64,000 nucleotides of DNA, taken from contig NC_083405.1 of the NCBI RefSeq assembly GCF_020745735.1, positions 53,534,345 through 53,598,344 of the forward strand. Reading direction: 5' to 3'. A program made the position numbers and the translations under genes. Position 1 is the stretch's first letter. Every line of letters starts with the position of its first letter. The notes beneath the pieces were generated by a model. It ran no database searches. It saw nothing but the letters and a program-made list of their open reading frames with translations, and had not been told where the DNA came from. This DNA is from Hemiscyllium ocellatum (taxonomy: Eukaryota). Of this stretch, positions 25,560 to 39,140 are shown piece after piece.

Positions 25560-28345
25560 TTTTTAATGCAGTCACAGAAAATGGGTGTCACTGGCTAGCA
25601 TTTATTGGCCATTTCTAATTGCCGATCCCTGATTTCCCTCAAGAAAATAGCAATGAGTTGACTGCTTGAACTGCTGCAGTCCTTGGGGATGTAGGATCAC
25701 CCACAGTAATGATAGGGAGGGAGTTTCAGAGTTTTCACCCAGCAACACTGAAGAAAGACAATATACTCCAAGTCAGGATAGCAAGTGGCTTTGAGGGAAA
25801 CTTGCAGTTGATGTTGTTTCCATGCATCTGCAGCCTCCTTTTTGATAGTAGAGGTGGGAGGCTTGGAAAGCATTGCCTAAGGAGCATTGGTGAGTGGGTG
25901 CAATGCGCCTTGTCGATGATATACATTGCAACTCCTGTTCATTAGTGATGGAGGTACTGAAAAGTTAAAGGTGTTGGATGGAATGCCTATCAATTAGACT
26001 ATGTTGTCATTGATGGCAATATAGTTTCCTGAGAGTTGTTGGAGCTGTACTCATTCAAGTCCGTAGAGAGATTAATCTATCTCTCTCCTAATTTGTGCTG
26101 AGTAGATGGTGAACAGGCTTCAAACAGTCAGGATGCAAGTTCCTTGCCATTGAATTCTCAGTTTGTGATCTGCTCTGGTAATCACAGTATGTATATGGCT
26201 TGTCACTTCAGTTCTTAGTTAATGATAGCCCCTGAGTTATTAATAGTGGAGGATTCAGTGATGGTGAATGTTAACAAACAAAGATTGGATTCTCTCTTGA
26301 TGGAAATGGTCAATGTCTGGCTTTGTAAGGTACAAATGTTAATTGCCACTTATCAGTCCAAGGCACAATGTTGTTCAGGTCTTACTGTATTTGGATACAG
26401 ACTGCTTCAGTATCTGAGGAATCACAATGATGCAAAACATCATGTGGTCATCAGTGGTTATTGCCATTCTGACTTTAGGATGGAGTGGATGTCATCGATG
26501 AAGCAGTTGAAGATGATTGGGTTTAGGATGCTGCCTTAAGAACACCTGCAGTGATGTCCTGCTGCTAAAATGATTGACTTCCAACAATTATATCTATCTC
26601 CCTTTGTACTATGTATGACTGCAATCAGCAGACAGTAAACCCTTCCCTGATTCCAAATAATTGTAGTTTTAGTAGGGATCCTTGATGTAAAATGTAGTCT
26701 TGATGTCAATGGCAGTCATCCCTTACTTCCCTTTTGGAATTCAGCTCTTTTGTCCATGTTGGTACCATTGAGGTCAGAAACTAAGTGAGCCTGTGGAGCT
26801 CAAACTGAGCATCAGTGAACAGGTTATTGGTGAATAATTGCCAATAGATAACACTGTTGACATCACCTTAGTGATGACAAAGTTGACTGATAGGGCAGTA
26901 ATTGGCCCACTTGGATTTGTCCTGCTTTTTGTACATAGGTCGGACCTGGGCACTTTGTTCACATATCACAACTGTTTTGTAAAAGTTTAGATGGGGCTAC
27001 AGCTAGTTCTGGGACATAAGCCTTCAATTCAGAATGTTGGCAGGACCCATAGCCCTTGCAGTATCCAGCACCTTCAGCCATATCTTGACACACAGTGTAT
27101 CGAGTTGCTTGAAGGCTGGTATTAGATGTCGGGAACCTCAGGAGGAGGCAGAGATGGTTTGTACACTTGACATTCCTACCTAACAGAGGCTGTAAATGCG
27201 CCAGCCTCACCTTTTGCACTTCTGTGCCAGGCTGCCTTATCATTGAGGATAAGTAATTTGTAGAGTCTCCTCCTTCAGTGAATTATTTGATTGTCCACCA
27301 CCATTCACAACCAATGTGACAAGACTTCAAAGCTTAAGTCAGATTTGTTTATCACTTAGCTGCATTTATCATTTGTTGCTTATGCTATTTATCAAACTAG
27401 TAGTCATGTGTTATAGCTTCATGAGGATGACACCTCATGTTTAGGTATGTCCGGTGTTGCTCCTGTACTGTCCATTGAACCAAGTCCCTGGTTTGAGGTA
27501 GAGTCGAAAATATGCCAGGTCATGAGGCAACAGATTGCGGTTGAATACAATTTGGCTATTGCTAACAGTCAACAGTGCCTCATGGATGCAGAGCTGAGTT
27601 GCTAGATTTGGTCAAAATCCATTTCATTTGGCATGGTGATGATGCTACACATCACAAAGAAGGGCAGAAGGTGGTAATTAGAAAGTGGTTTATTTGTCCA
27701 TGTTCAAACTCTTACAATGGGTCTGAAGTCAAATATATGACTCCCAGTGCAACCCCTTCCTGACTCTGCTGCCATCTCTGGTAAGTTTGTATTCCCATAG
27801 GACAGGACATACGCAAGGACATCAATGGGAATGGTGGTGTTTGGGACATTGTCTGTCAAGTGTCATTTCACATGAACTTCAGGTCCAGATTATGTCAGGC
27901 TATTGCTTGACTAGACTGTGGGAGAGCTCTCTAGACTTCTCTCTCCAAAGCACTCTAAGCCCCAAGATACAAGAGAGAAGATTTTGCAGGATCGACAGGG
28001 CTGCTTGTGGTTCATCTAATGGTGTTCCTTTTGCCAGACTCTGCAGCAGCTAAATACAACAGAGTGATTTACTGGGTTACTTTAGACAGCGTTTAGACAT
28101 TAACCAGTTGCTGTGGATCTGGAAGCTAGACCAGATGAGGATGATATGTTTTACTTCTCTAAAGGATATCTGAATCAAATGGGTTTTACAAGAATTGGTT
28201 TCATTAGACTGGCTTTTAATTCCAGATATATTAATTGACTTCAACTTTCATCATGTCTTCATTGTGGGACTCATACTAATGTCCACCAAAGCAGTAGTCT
28301 GGGTCTCTGGATCACAGTCCAGTGACACTACTACCTCATCACTTC
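25560..28345 (-). mobile_element. Near end-to-end decayed CR1/L2-group LINE with tRNA-like 5' head
   Basis: Reading the minus strand: SINE-like head 28345-28100, linker, endonuclease start ELSHSLVKQ*PDII (about 27930-27888), RT region (aggacaaatccaagtgggccaattactgccctatcagtc), 3' tail at 25560-25620. Confidence 0.8.
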
Positions 28346-29419
28346 CTCTTGCTGTAGCTAATGCATCCTGAGCTTCATTATTGGCAATGACTTTGATATC
28401 TATCATCGAATCAACTGTTTCTGTTTCAGGTATTTCCAATCTTGATTCTTTCATTGCAAATTTAAACTTGAAAGTTGATCTTTGCCTTATTCATTCTGAA
28501 AGACCTTTTTTTTTGAGTAGCCCTGCAGTCACTTGCTCATCCTTTGTTCTAGCAATGAGTGTGATCTCATGAGCATACCTGATATTCTATATACAATAAG
28601 CCTCAAATGACACTGTTACTATACCTTTCTGGTTAATTTTTCTTGCACCAACATATCATCTTCTCTCAGCTTCAAACAGGAAGGGTGACAGAACACACTG
28701 CACTCCAGTGACCACTAAACCTTTGTGGGCAGCACTTTCATTTCAAAGATGAACCCAAGCACTATTTCTTCACTGCTAACAGGATAATCTTTTAGGCTGA
28801 TAAATCTTCACTGAACCTTTCAATGGCTCTGATATCTTTCCAACACAGTGGTGCAGAATTGTGTGCAATGCATTAGCTTAGTTGTTTTGATGCCTTTAAT
28901 TTTAAGGCACTTGTCAGGTAAATTGCCTTCGGTTTTCTCGATCTTTAAGTTCCAAAACAAAAAGCAAATCACACTGTCGCAATGCTTGTGGCAGAAAGGA
29001 CGATTATTTGTCCATTGTTAAGCATGCATTTGTTTAGATGCTGACAGCTAGTCAACAGTTGAGTCTTTATGCACTGATAAAAGAAGGCTTCCTATTTACT
29101 GAAGCATGGAATGCTGCAACACAAGGATTGGGGGGACAAGCTGAGGCATGTCGATGCCATCCAATGTCAAACTAACAAATTTATCAGAACCTTTTGTACA
29201 AGTTACAGGGTCTTGTTCATTTCCTTTTGCAAATTTCGATATGTGATGTTGTTTCAGCTGATACTAACCTCGCAATACTATCTAGTTCTTTAAAAAGAAT
29301 GAGTGAATTAAAGAGATTCTGCACTATATATATTTTAAAGTCATAAATTTCCTTACACATGCATGTGCAATATGTAGCTAGAACTTAAGAAAATCCTGAA
29401 CCAGGACTTCCATGTCCCT

Positions 29420-30075
29420 TTTTTACTTCAGATTTCTGAACTTTCCATTTAAAAAATAGTTTATGCTTCTATACTTTCTACCAAAATGTATAATCTCACA
29501 CATTGTATGCCATCTGCCACTTGTTTTCCCACTCATTTAGATTAGACACTTAGTGTGGAAACAGCCCCTTCGGCCCAACAAGTCCACACCAACCCGCAAC
29601 CCATCCCTCTACATTTACCCCTTCACCTAACACTACAGGCAATTTAGCAAGGCCAATTCACCTAATCTGCACATTTTTGGATTGTGGGAAGACACCGGAG
29701 CACCCGGAGGAAACCCACGCAGACACGGGGAGAAGGTGCAAACTCCACACAGAGTCGCCTGAGGCGGGAATTGAACCCAGGTCTCTGGCGCTGTGAGGCA
29801 GCAGTGCGAACTACTGTGCCACCATGCCACCCTAGTGAAAGTCCTTCTGTAGCCTCCCTTCTTCCTCAACACTAACATTCCCTCGCCTATCTTTGTGTCA
29901 TCTACAAATGTAGTGACATGCCTGCAGTTCCTTCATCCCGATCGTTAACTTATCATGTGAATAGTTGTGGTCCTAATACTAACCCCTGCAGAACTCCACT
30001 TGTCACGAGCTGCCATCCTGAAAAAGACTCCTTTCTCCCTACTCTCTGCCTTCTGTCAGTCAGCCAATCTCCTCT
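29420..30075 (-). mobile_element. CR1 RT fragment interrupted by HE1 SINE
   Basis: tatctttgtgtcatctacaaat is antisense of the FADD-type motif; gtggtcctaatactaacccctgcagaactcc is antisense GV.QG.VLGP. Confidence 0.8.
29537..29832 (-). mobile_element. HE1-type V-SINE
   Basis: Full reverse-complement match to 390-709. Confidence 0.92.
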
Positions 30076-30885
30076 CATTCTTCGAAACTCTCACAAATAT
30101 GAGCTCAGTTTGCTTAATCTGTCTTCACAGAATATTCACACCAACATGGGAAGAGGTTTGGAAGAACAAACAAAGATTCTTTATTCACTCTCCCTCTGTA
30201 ATAGCTATTTATCGACAAATACACACATTATAGAAGGTGGTTAGAAAATAGGAGTTCTCACAACGGAAACTATTATTAGGACAAAAGCAATAGATATTTT
30301 TCTAAGGCCTATTTGATAGTTAATTAAAAAAAATCAAGGGTGCAGCGAGTGGAATTAGATAAGTGTCATATGGATACAGCAGTGCAGATTAAATAGGTTG
30401 TACAGCTCACTTCTATTCTGTAACTGAGTTACAGATAATTTGCTTGTGAATGGTAGTTTGGAAAAATGCAGTAACACACTGCTTTATAGATGATCAATAA
30501 AAGCTTAGGCAACACTTACAAGAAACAAAAGTAGACAATTGGAAGATGGTGATTTTAATGCATTAGAATCTGCTGGACATTGGTTTCTATTTCCACTTGA
30601 GAGTTGGGTTGAATGGGTAATTTCAAAATGTATCAATCAAGTGCTGCATGTCTCTTCTGAGCTTGTTACCCGCCCCCCCCACCATCCTCCAACAGATTCT
30701 TGTATAAATGTAGCCAGATTTGTCCTGATGACTCCACGTGCATTTTGTAAGAGAAAGCTGCTAAATTTGGGCAAGTTGACTTGACTGCCCAATGATAAAG
30801 GAATTGTAGCTTGCAAAACCTAAGAAGCTTAAATTTGATAACAACTATAAATGGGAACAACAACTGCAATTCACCGTTATCCATA

Positions 30886-31397
30886 GGGCTGTTAAGGTGC
30901 AGTAGTAGTGTCCCTACTTCAGAGCTAGATACTCGGGTTCAAGTCCCATTTGCTTCAGAGGGATGTCATAACATCTCTGAACAGGTTAATTAAAAAATAT
31001 CTTTATCATTACCACATCCATTAATTGTATGCAAGCAACATTCCAGCTGAGGGCCCTTGTGGTATAGTGGTAGGGTCATGACCTCTGGGCCAGAAGATCC
31101 AGGTTCAAGTTCCACTTACGTCAGGTATATGTAATAACACACTTGAACAGGTTTATTTAGGAAATTAGAGCCAAATCCAGCTTCATACTCTTTAATAAAT
31201 TGAATGAGTCTAATACTCATCGGGAATAAACAAGCCTCTGATTGATTGGAAGAATCTGAATGGGTCCAATATTTAGAGCCATCTCACTTAAAGCTAGCTT
31301 CTATTGCTGACAACTAACTAACACCATTTAAAGAGTAATGCATTGCTACTCCAAAGATGTGTAACATCATCTTTGAACAGTTTGGTTAAAAAAAAAC
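30886..31397 (+). mobile_element. Cluster of three short tRNA-derived SINE copies (30886-31000, 31051-31165, partial 31347-31397)
   Basis: Two copies carry ggt(gc/at)agt(a/g)gtag A box and ggttcaagt(c/t)cc B box; all three share a taaca..tgaacag(g/t)tt ending. Confidence 0.75.
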
Positions 31398-32989
31398 TAA
31401 GTGGCAAATCTTAGTGGTTTGGTGCAAAAGAAAGACTGAAGACAGAAGATCTTCGGGAAACAGAACAGGTCTGTGTCCAATTAACCAGTGTTGTAAACTG
31501 GCAGCCCAAAGGAGAATGGATGAAAGGCACCACTGGTATTAAGTATTATTTTCTTTGAACTTACAATTAAACACCCATTGAACCCTTGTTCACTTTCCAC
31601 TGGTGGCTCTAGATTGTACTGATGGCACATTCTGCGGGCTTTCAACCATAGTATTGACTTCCAAACTGCATCATATTCGGACACCGTTCCCTCTTACAAG
31701 ACAGGTTTGTGTACAATTGGCAGCAGAACTTAATTGGACGGGGTCAGGTGCACCTTCACATCCTAAACCCTATAGAGGAGATGATGCCGGTCATCACAAG
31801 GACACCTATTTCCGAGGATGTGACTAGCAGCAGGGCTGAAACCACTGAAGATGATGGCATCACACTATTCTTTCATTATTGTTGCCTCTCATTCCGCACA
31901 CTTCAGATTTTAAAGCTAGATGATGCAAGTACGTTCCTCCTTCTCTCCCTTCTCCACACTACAATCTTACTTCGTACATTTCTCCTTCAGCTACCCAAAT
32001 ACATCCTGACAAGGCAAGGCAACAACAAGAATACATTATCACTCAATTTCCTGCTTGTAGCTGAGCTCAGACACTCATACAAGTCCAATTTTAGAGAGTA
32101 GATAGGATTTGTATGTGACAGACACCAGCCATGAGTGACATGCATCAAGGCTGGGGCAATGATAGAGCAGGCACCAGTATGCTCAAGAATAAGGTTGCTC
32201 ATCAGTCCTTCTTCAATTGGCTGTGATGAGGACTTTAGAGGACTAGCCTACAGAGGAATGCTGATAGATATGTACAATGAAGAAGGGCTTGGTAAATTGG
32301 GAAGTTAGCAACATTCAGTAAAGGATATGCAGGCATCCGACAGTAGTTTGACACAGGGCTTTGGACAGAACTTGAAGCCCATTCTTTCAACCGTGGACAT
32401 GATGGCCAATTATGTTCACACATTTATCCATCCAATAGCGATGCAGTGTGTTTCCATTGCAGCACAAGCAGTCTTCCTCAAACATCTGGGTGCTGCAGTA
32501 GAAACTAGACTGCAATCTATTGCCTTGATAACAGGTGCTTGCCAAGGGGCTTGCACAGTCTCATTGCAGAACAGCAGTCTTTCTTCCAAACGAATATTCG
32601 GATTCCGGAGGTGACACCCCACAATGTGGCATGTGTATCATGGAATCCAACATGCTTTTCCCTCCCCTCTTATTTTTTCTCTCTCTCTCTCTCTTAGCAA
32701 AGCTGCATTTACTCTTTCATTACTCCAGTTCTGTATCCTTGCTGAACCAGACAACTGTTGCCCATGTAACAATAGTCCAATGATCAGTTAGACTTTCTAC
32801 TACTACTAGAGTATCAATCACCAAGGCCATCTGCAGGCAGCCCCATTGAAAATCAGCAACATTTCATCAGTTATGTTACAGACACTGGAATAGAATTGCA
32901 TAGGACAAGCAAAGGCACTAAGAAAACAAGTACAAAGGGAATAAATGTGGGTAATTTTCTGAAATTTGTATATATTTCAGAATTATTCA

Positions 32990-33260
32990 TTTTATTACTT
33001 TGGTAGGGAACATGCATTTTTGAAATCAATGTGATAGTCATGACAGCGTTGTGGAGAATTATGCAAAGGGAACTAAAGCAATGTGAAACATGCAAGAAAC
33101 CCAACAACCTTGATATCTGATCTGCTAAGTCCTGCCAAACTCCTCATGAGCAGTTCAAGCAGCAAAGGTTGTGCTGTCATACTGGAAGTATGGATTTCAT
33201 TATATATATAGATATATATGTTGTGTCCATGTGCATAGGTTGCACACCAGGAAATCATTT
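32990..33260 (-). mobile_element. Possible Harbinger transposase relic
   Basis: Minus-strand FPGVQ and CIILHN motifs, much closer together than in an intact transposase. Confidence 0.4.
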
Positions 33261-33542
33261 GCCACATTTTCTATGGATAGCTCCTGTTGCTCAGTGGCTT
33301 CCACATGTTTACCATGGTAGTGCAAGTGTAACTGGGTAACAGAATAAAGGCATTAGGATAGCTGCCAGAATATCTGGAACTGGCCTGCATGATTTGCTAT
33401 GGTCACACTAAGATTCAAAGATTTATTTGAACTTTAATTGTAAGATCTAAGTCAACTTTAATTCAGGCTCGAGTTTGTGAGAACCACCCTAAAAGTTTAC
33501 TGATCTTGAAGTATGGATTTCATTATATATATAGATATATAT
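33185..33542 (+). repeat. 35-bp exact direct duplication (33185-33219 and 33508-33542)
   Basis: gaagtatggatttcattatatatatagatatatat occurs twice. Confidence 0.93.
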
Positions 33543-34804
33543 CTGTTGCCTTGAAATAGATCCATCCAAATACAAAGCTTTACAGAATATATTACATTTA
33601 CGTAACAAGTACATAAGAAATAACACTTCATAAGACCAGCAACTTTTCAGTCAATCCTCTCTGGGATGCCAGTTGGCTTCACTGAATAACTGAGCATGGG
33701 TCTCCTGTTCTGTTGACTGAAAATCATTTTTGGCCTATCTTCTTGTATCTGAACCACTAAGAATTATAACCTATTTATTATCCCTTGGTAGCTACTACCT
33801 CCTGAGCACAATCAGAGACATCCTGATCTCTACTTGGTATGAATAGTTCACGGTTAATCTTGGATTGGTCTACCCAATTCTTGTTTTGTTTCTTTAACAA
33901 TGATGGTCATCTTCACAACATAATTCTTACTGCCTCCTTGGTCATCCTTTGACATGTCAATCACCGTATAGGATCATCCCTTTCATAATACCTTGTACCT
34001 TTCAACTTACCAACTCCATAGACCTTACCAAGATAATGTAGGACCAATGAAGAATGTGTGTGTCTGCTTAGAATATCCTTCCAGTGACTAACTATAATCC
34101 CAAATGTCCCAATTGATACATCTAAATCTCTAAAAATCTAACAATATCATTTGAATAAAAGAACTATGTGAGACTCTATAATACTGTAGTCTAAAACAAA
34201 TTCACTGGTTATTTCTCAAAGAGCATAAAGACTAGACCTATTATGCACTTTATTACAAACCTAAACAATTCTAAAACACATATACAGGTATGTATTCTAG
34301 TCAGCAGCAGCTTATTTCAGAGAGTGAATTAGGCACAGAAAAGGAGAAACGGATTTTCATCTAGTCCGATATGTCTTCCTGAGATGAGGGCCTGGAATTC
34401 AGTTGCAGTTGCCCATTAATACCTCTAAATTAATGGTGTTCAATTTAATGCTGCATTCTCCTATTGACAAAAATACAGATTGCTAGAGGTTAATTGCATA
34501 CATTTCTATTTCAAGACAACAGATATAAATTGATGCAATGTCAACAGAAGTTGTACATATTAATAATGAGTAATGACTAATGTTAAAAGCTATGTCAAGT
34601 ATTGACTATACCACATGGTATTGGACTATCTTTAGAAGTTCGAGTACATTGAACTAGGAGTGCCACTTCGTTCATAGTTTGATTGTTTTGAATATCATTG
34701 CTACTGGAAAGCAGCATTATGAAGAATTGGAGCAACACTAACCTGCCCTCTTCTAACCTTTGGAATTAGCCATAATTTAATCATGCAGCTCCATTGTTTA
34801 ACTG

Positions 34805-36590
34805 GCTGATGATGAGGTCGATATCAAGGAGGATCTCCAGGAGGTGAAGAGCCAGCAAGCCACACTCTTTGCCTCTGAGGCCTCCAAAATAATCTTGCAG
34901 TCTAGAGATCGCTCCATGGATGAGTGCTCATGTTCTTCTTCCAGAATGTACACATGGAGAGGTTTGTGCTCAGCAATTTGGAGGAAGAAGATTGCTCTGT
35001 AACATCACCTCGGCCTGACATACTGAGGATCAGCAAATCCTCTTATGCCAGTCTGTGACATAAAGCCCACAGACAGCGTGGTCCCCCAATCATTCCTGTC
35101 CTCTATCATGGAGGTCTTACATAACAGCACACGGGACAGAATGGACCATCTGTTATCTCTAGATGAGCTGAAGCGCCTCAAGTCCTTAGAAAAGAATAAA
35201 ACTGCCAGAGGAAACAGCTTACCAGCAAGTTGTATTCAGCTCTGTGGGACTTGACTGGCCAGGACCTGCTGGCCGTGTATGACAGTATGATTCTGTCAGG
35301 TAGCATGTGTGAATCCTCATCTACAAGCAGAAGGGGGACAGGGAGATAATTTGGAATTGGCAACCAGTCTCATTGGTGACCAAAATCCTGTCTAAGGTCG
35401 TCGTCATCTGGATCAGGTCTGCTCTGGGATCAGTGATTCACCCTGGGCAAACCTATGCTGTACCAGGCAGAACAACCTACGAGAGCCTCGCGTTCCACAG
35501 AGATATGATTGCCTACATGCAGAATGGAGGGGTGGATACCTGCCTCATCAGCCTGGAACAGAAGACGACTTTTGACAGGACATCCCATACCTACATGTAG
35601 GACATACTCTCCAAAATGGGCTCAGGGGAGGAAATCTGCAATTGGATTCATCTGCTCTACACCAACATCATTAGTGCACTCTCAATCAATGGATGGGAAT
35701 CAGAAAGTTTCCCGATCAGATCCAGAGTCAGGCAGGACTGCCTTCTCCAACCTGCCTTGCTTTTGTATTGCATAGAGCCTTTTGTTGAATCCATCAGGAA
35801 GGATGCAAGCCTGAGAGGAGTGACTATTCCAGATCAAAGACTCCCTGTACATGGATGACATCACCATTGTCTGCTCAGATCTGCTGTCAGTGGCCTTGGG
35901 AGTCACGGTAAATCAAGGCAAGAGCAAGGCCATGTTCTTTGACAACTGAACCAACCAATCCTTTATCCCCTTCACTGCCAGGACAGATTACCTGAAACTG
36001 TCACACACCTCTTGCTGGGAAGTGCCTTTGCAAAGTAATACTGGAGAAAGAAGCTGTAGTTTTTAATCAAGGTTCATCCTGAGCAGCTCCATGACACAGA
36101 ACTCTATGCTCTATGGTCTGTTCCATGGGATATACACTAAGACAAACATTGACTGCACCTGGAGGACCATCAATTTGGTGAAAGTTGCTCTTGGGTCCGC
36201 CCAAAACTTGTTGGTCTCGCAGAACAAGTTGGTCTCAATCGAGTGTTTGCAGGCTGGAACATTCCAAAGTCTAGACTATGTGCTGAAGGATGCACTAAAG
36301 CATGGGAAAACTGTCACCAAGGTGCAGTGGGGAAAGACCACTGTCTGCGGTATTCCTGCTAAAGTTAATGGAGGGTCCACTCAGTTATTGGACCTTCCTG
36401 GTGCCTCAATGCATATAAATATATCTTGAATATGTAAAAGATGCCTTTGGTTGGTTGGGATAGAGTCAAACTCAAATGTTTGTTTGTTTACTTGATGTGC
36501 TATTCTACCAAACCAAACTGCATTCGTGACAAGGTATATATACAAACAGGTTTTTTATGAAAACATATATTTTTGAAATTTTAAAAAACT
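34805..36590 (+). mobile_element. Tx1/L1-clade LINE, 5'-truncated and decayed
   Basis: KILSKV...SALGSVIHPGQTYAVPGR...LISLEQKTTFDRTSH, NWIHLLY...INGWESESFPIRSRVRQDC..P and a YMDD codon run at about 35848; A/T-rich 3' end. Confidence 0.88.
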
Positions 36591-38145
36591 TAGCTTAAGG
36601 TAATACTCTCTTTAAATTTTGTTTCCTCATTTTCCTATATAGATCACTCCATGTAACACAGACAGTTGAGCAGGATGGCCAGCTGTTTATCATTCTTGGA
36701 GAAGTCCTAAACTCAGCACCTGGTAATAAATCTAAGTGGAGACACTGAATATCTACAGTCTAGTACCATGCTGTGAAAACCAACATTAATCCAAGGAACA
36801 CAACTCCATAATGGCATGCACTCGCTCCACCAAGAAAGATGGTTTTGATGATAGGATACCAGCTTCTGTGAAGTCATTTCACAGTCCATTGTGGGTCGAC
36901 CCACAATGCCTTTAGGAAGAGCACTTGGTTTCCTTCCAACTTTCAAAACAGTTAATAATGATGTACATCTCTTCTGAATTTACACAATACAAACTTATAG
37001 AAAAAATAATTGTGGTTGATATCAATTTTTTGATGCTCAGAAGGTAAGACTTTGTTTTTGTGATGCAATAAAATGGTTACCAAATTGTGCACTTGGATAT
37101 TCTGTAATGTGAAACCACCAGCCTAGTAACTCCCATTTAATTGAGTAGTGATTATATCTGAAATTTTGATCTTTCTCCAGCTCTTTCATAACCAGGGCAG
37201 CAGGCTTAAGTTGTTTACATGCACGAAATGCTCATTAAAGCACAAATTGATCAGCACATGAATTATACTCTACTTGCACATTTCATCAAAAATCTGATCT
37301 CCTACTCTAGAAATTAAATTATTAATATGCAATTCAAGATGCAGGTTGCTATTCTTGGAAGATAAATTTCAAAACCCATGTGCTTTATCATTCAACAAAT
37401 TTCTATAACTTTTTTATACTGTTTTGCAAAAATGGTCCAAATGTAGATCAGTGAAATATATATTTATACTGCATTTCTTCTGAGGATAACCACCATTTCC
37501 TCTCTCTCTCTCCACAGGTCACGAGACTCCTTAGAAGACATGAGGCACAGAGAGCTCTCAGGCTGCTGTGGTTTTATCTGGGCAAATTACATGTTTTTCT
37601 TGTTGCAACCTTGAAAATAAGTACCTCATTTTCAACTGTAAAGGAAGCCAAGGGAGCTGAGCTACTTAACGTGAAAATAAAATATGGATAGTTAGACTTG
37701 AGACAATGCTGTAAAACTCAACAAGTTGGCTTGGAAAGCCAAAACTGCTTGCCTCTGAAGTTACCTTTGTCTTTAAAAAAAAAGTGAATAATATATTCTC
37801 ATATCAATGTTAAAAAATAGAACCAATCAGCTGTGACAACTTGACATTCAGGAATACAAGTACAGAGATTACAAAAGAAAACGTGCAAATGCTACAAATC
37901 CAAAATAGAAAATGCTGCAAATTGTACAGCATCTGAAAAAAAACAACCGGTTAGAAATTTCAGATGGAATAATTCATCAGAATTGATGAAAGCTCACACG
38001 CAGAATATACCAAAGTCATCACCACCAACCTATTTACTGACCAGGTCTAATTGCTTCTATCTTACTTTTATGTTGGTATGAAAATTTCACTGTGATGGAA
38101 AACACCTAGTAATACATTGATACCACCTAATGATCATACCTGCTA

Positions 38146-38319
<174 letters not shown>

Positions 38320-38464
38320 CTATAATTGAATACAAATAAAGCAAAGTAAGAATTTATAAGCAGATAAAATAACTTAAATGTTGGTAATAATTTAACTGGC
38401 AATAATTCCCATGACATATCCCATTCACTTCTGCAATAAAAACAATGCAACTTAGAGAGAAAAA

Positions 38465-38812
38465 GGTTGAGAGATGACTTAATTGAGACATGTAAGATAA
38501 ATCAGAGAATTAGATGGGGTGGAAAATGAGAGTCTTTTTCCTCGGATGGTGATGGCTAGCATGAGGAGATATAGCTTTAACTTGAGGGTTGATAGATTAG
38601 GACAGATATCAGAGGTAGTTTCTTTACTCAGAGTAGTAGGGACAGGGAATGCACTGCCTGCAGCAGTAGGAGACTTGCCAACTTTAAGGGCATTTAAATG
38701 GTCATTGGATAAACATATAGATGAAAATGGAATAGTGTAGGTTAGATGGGCTTCAGATTGGTTCCACAGATCAGTGCAAAGGGCCTGAACTACGCTATAA
38801 TACTCTATGTTT
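38465..38812 (+). mobile_element. CR1 3' fragment
   Basis: RLRDDLIETCKI..., RVVGTGNALP...FKWSLDKH; tail gggcctgaactacgctataatactctatgtt. Confidence 0.85.
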
Positions 38813-38969
38813 CTAAATGCCCAGGCCACTCTTCCAAATGGAAATAGCTGGATATTCCACAATTGTAATTTGTTTATATAAAAGGCATAAAAGTAGAATT
38901 ATGGTCAAGCCAAAATAATTTAACTTTTTGATAGTTTCAATAAAGATGAATAGAAGGACAATAGAAAGA

Positions 38970-39140
38970 GGGAGGTGATGGCTTTGTGGGTACTTTTTAT
39001 TGTTGGACTGTTAATGCAGAGACCCAGGTAATGTTCTAGGATTCTGGATTAGAATCCCACAATGGCAGCTAGTGGAATTTGAATGCAATAAAAAAAAAGT
39101 CTGGAATTAAGAGTCTAATGATAACCACTGTTGATTGTTA
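38970..39140 (+). mobile_element. 5' part of the tRNA-headed SINE/LINE family
   Basis: ggaggtgatggc...gttaatgcagagacccagg...gaatcccacaatggcagctagtggaatttgaat...ctggaattaagagtctaatgat matches 49537 onward. Confidence 0.8.
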
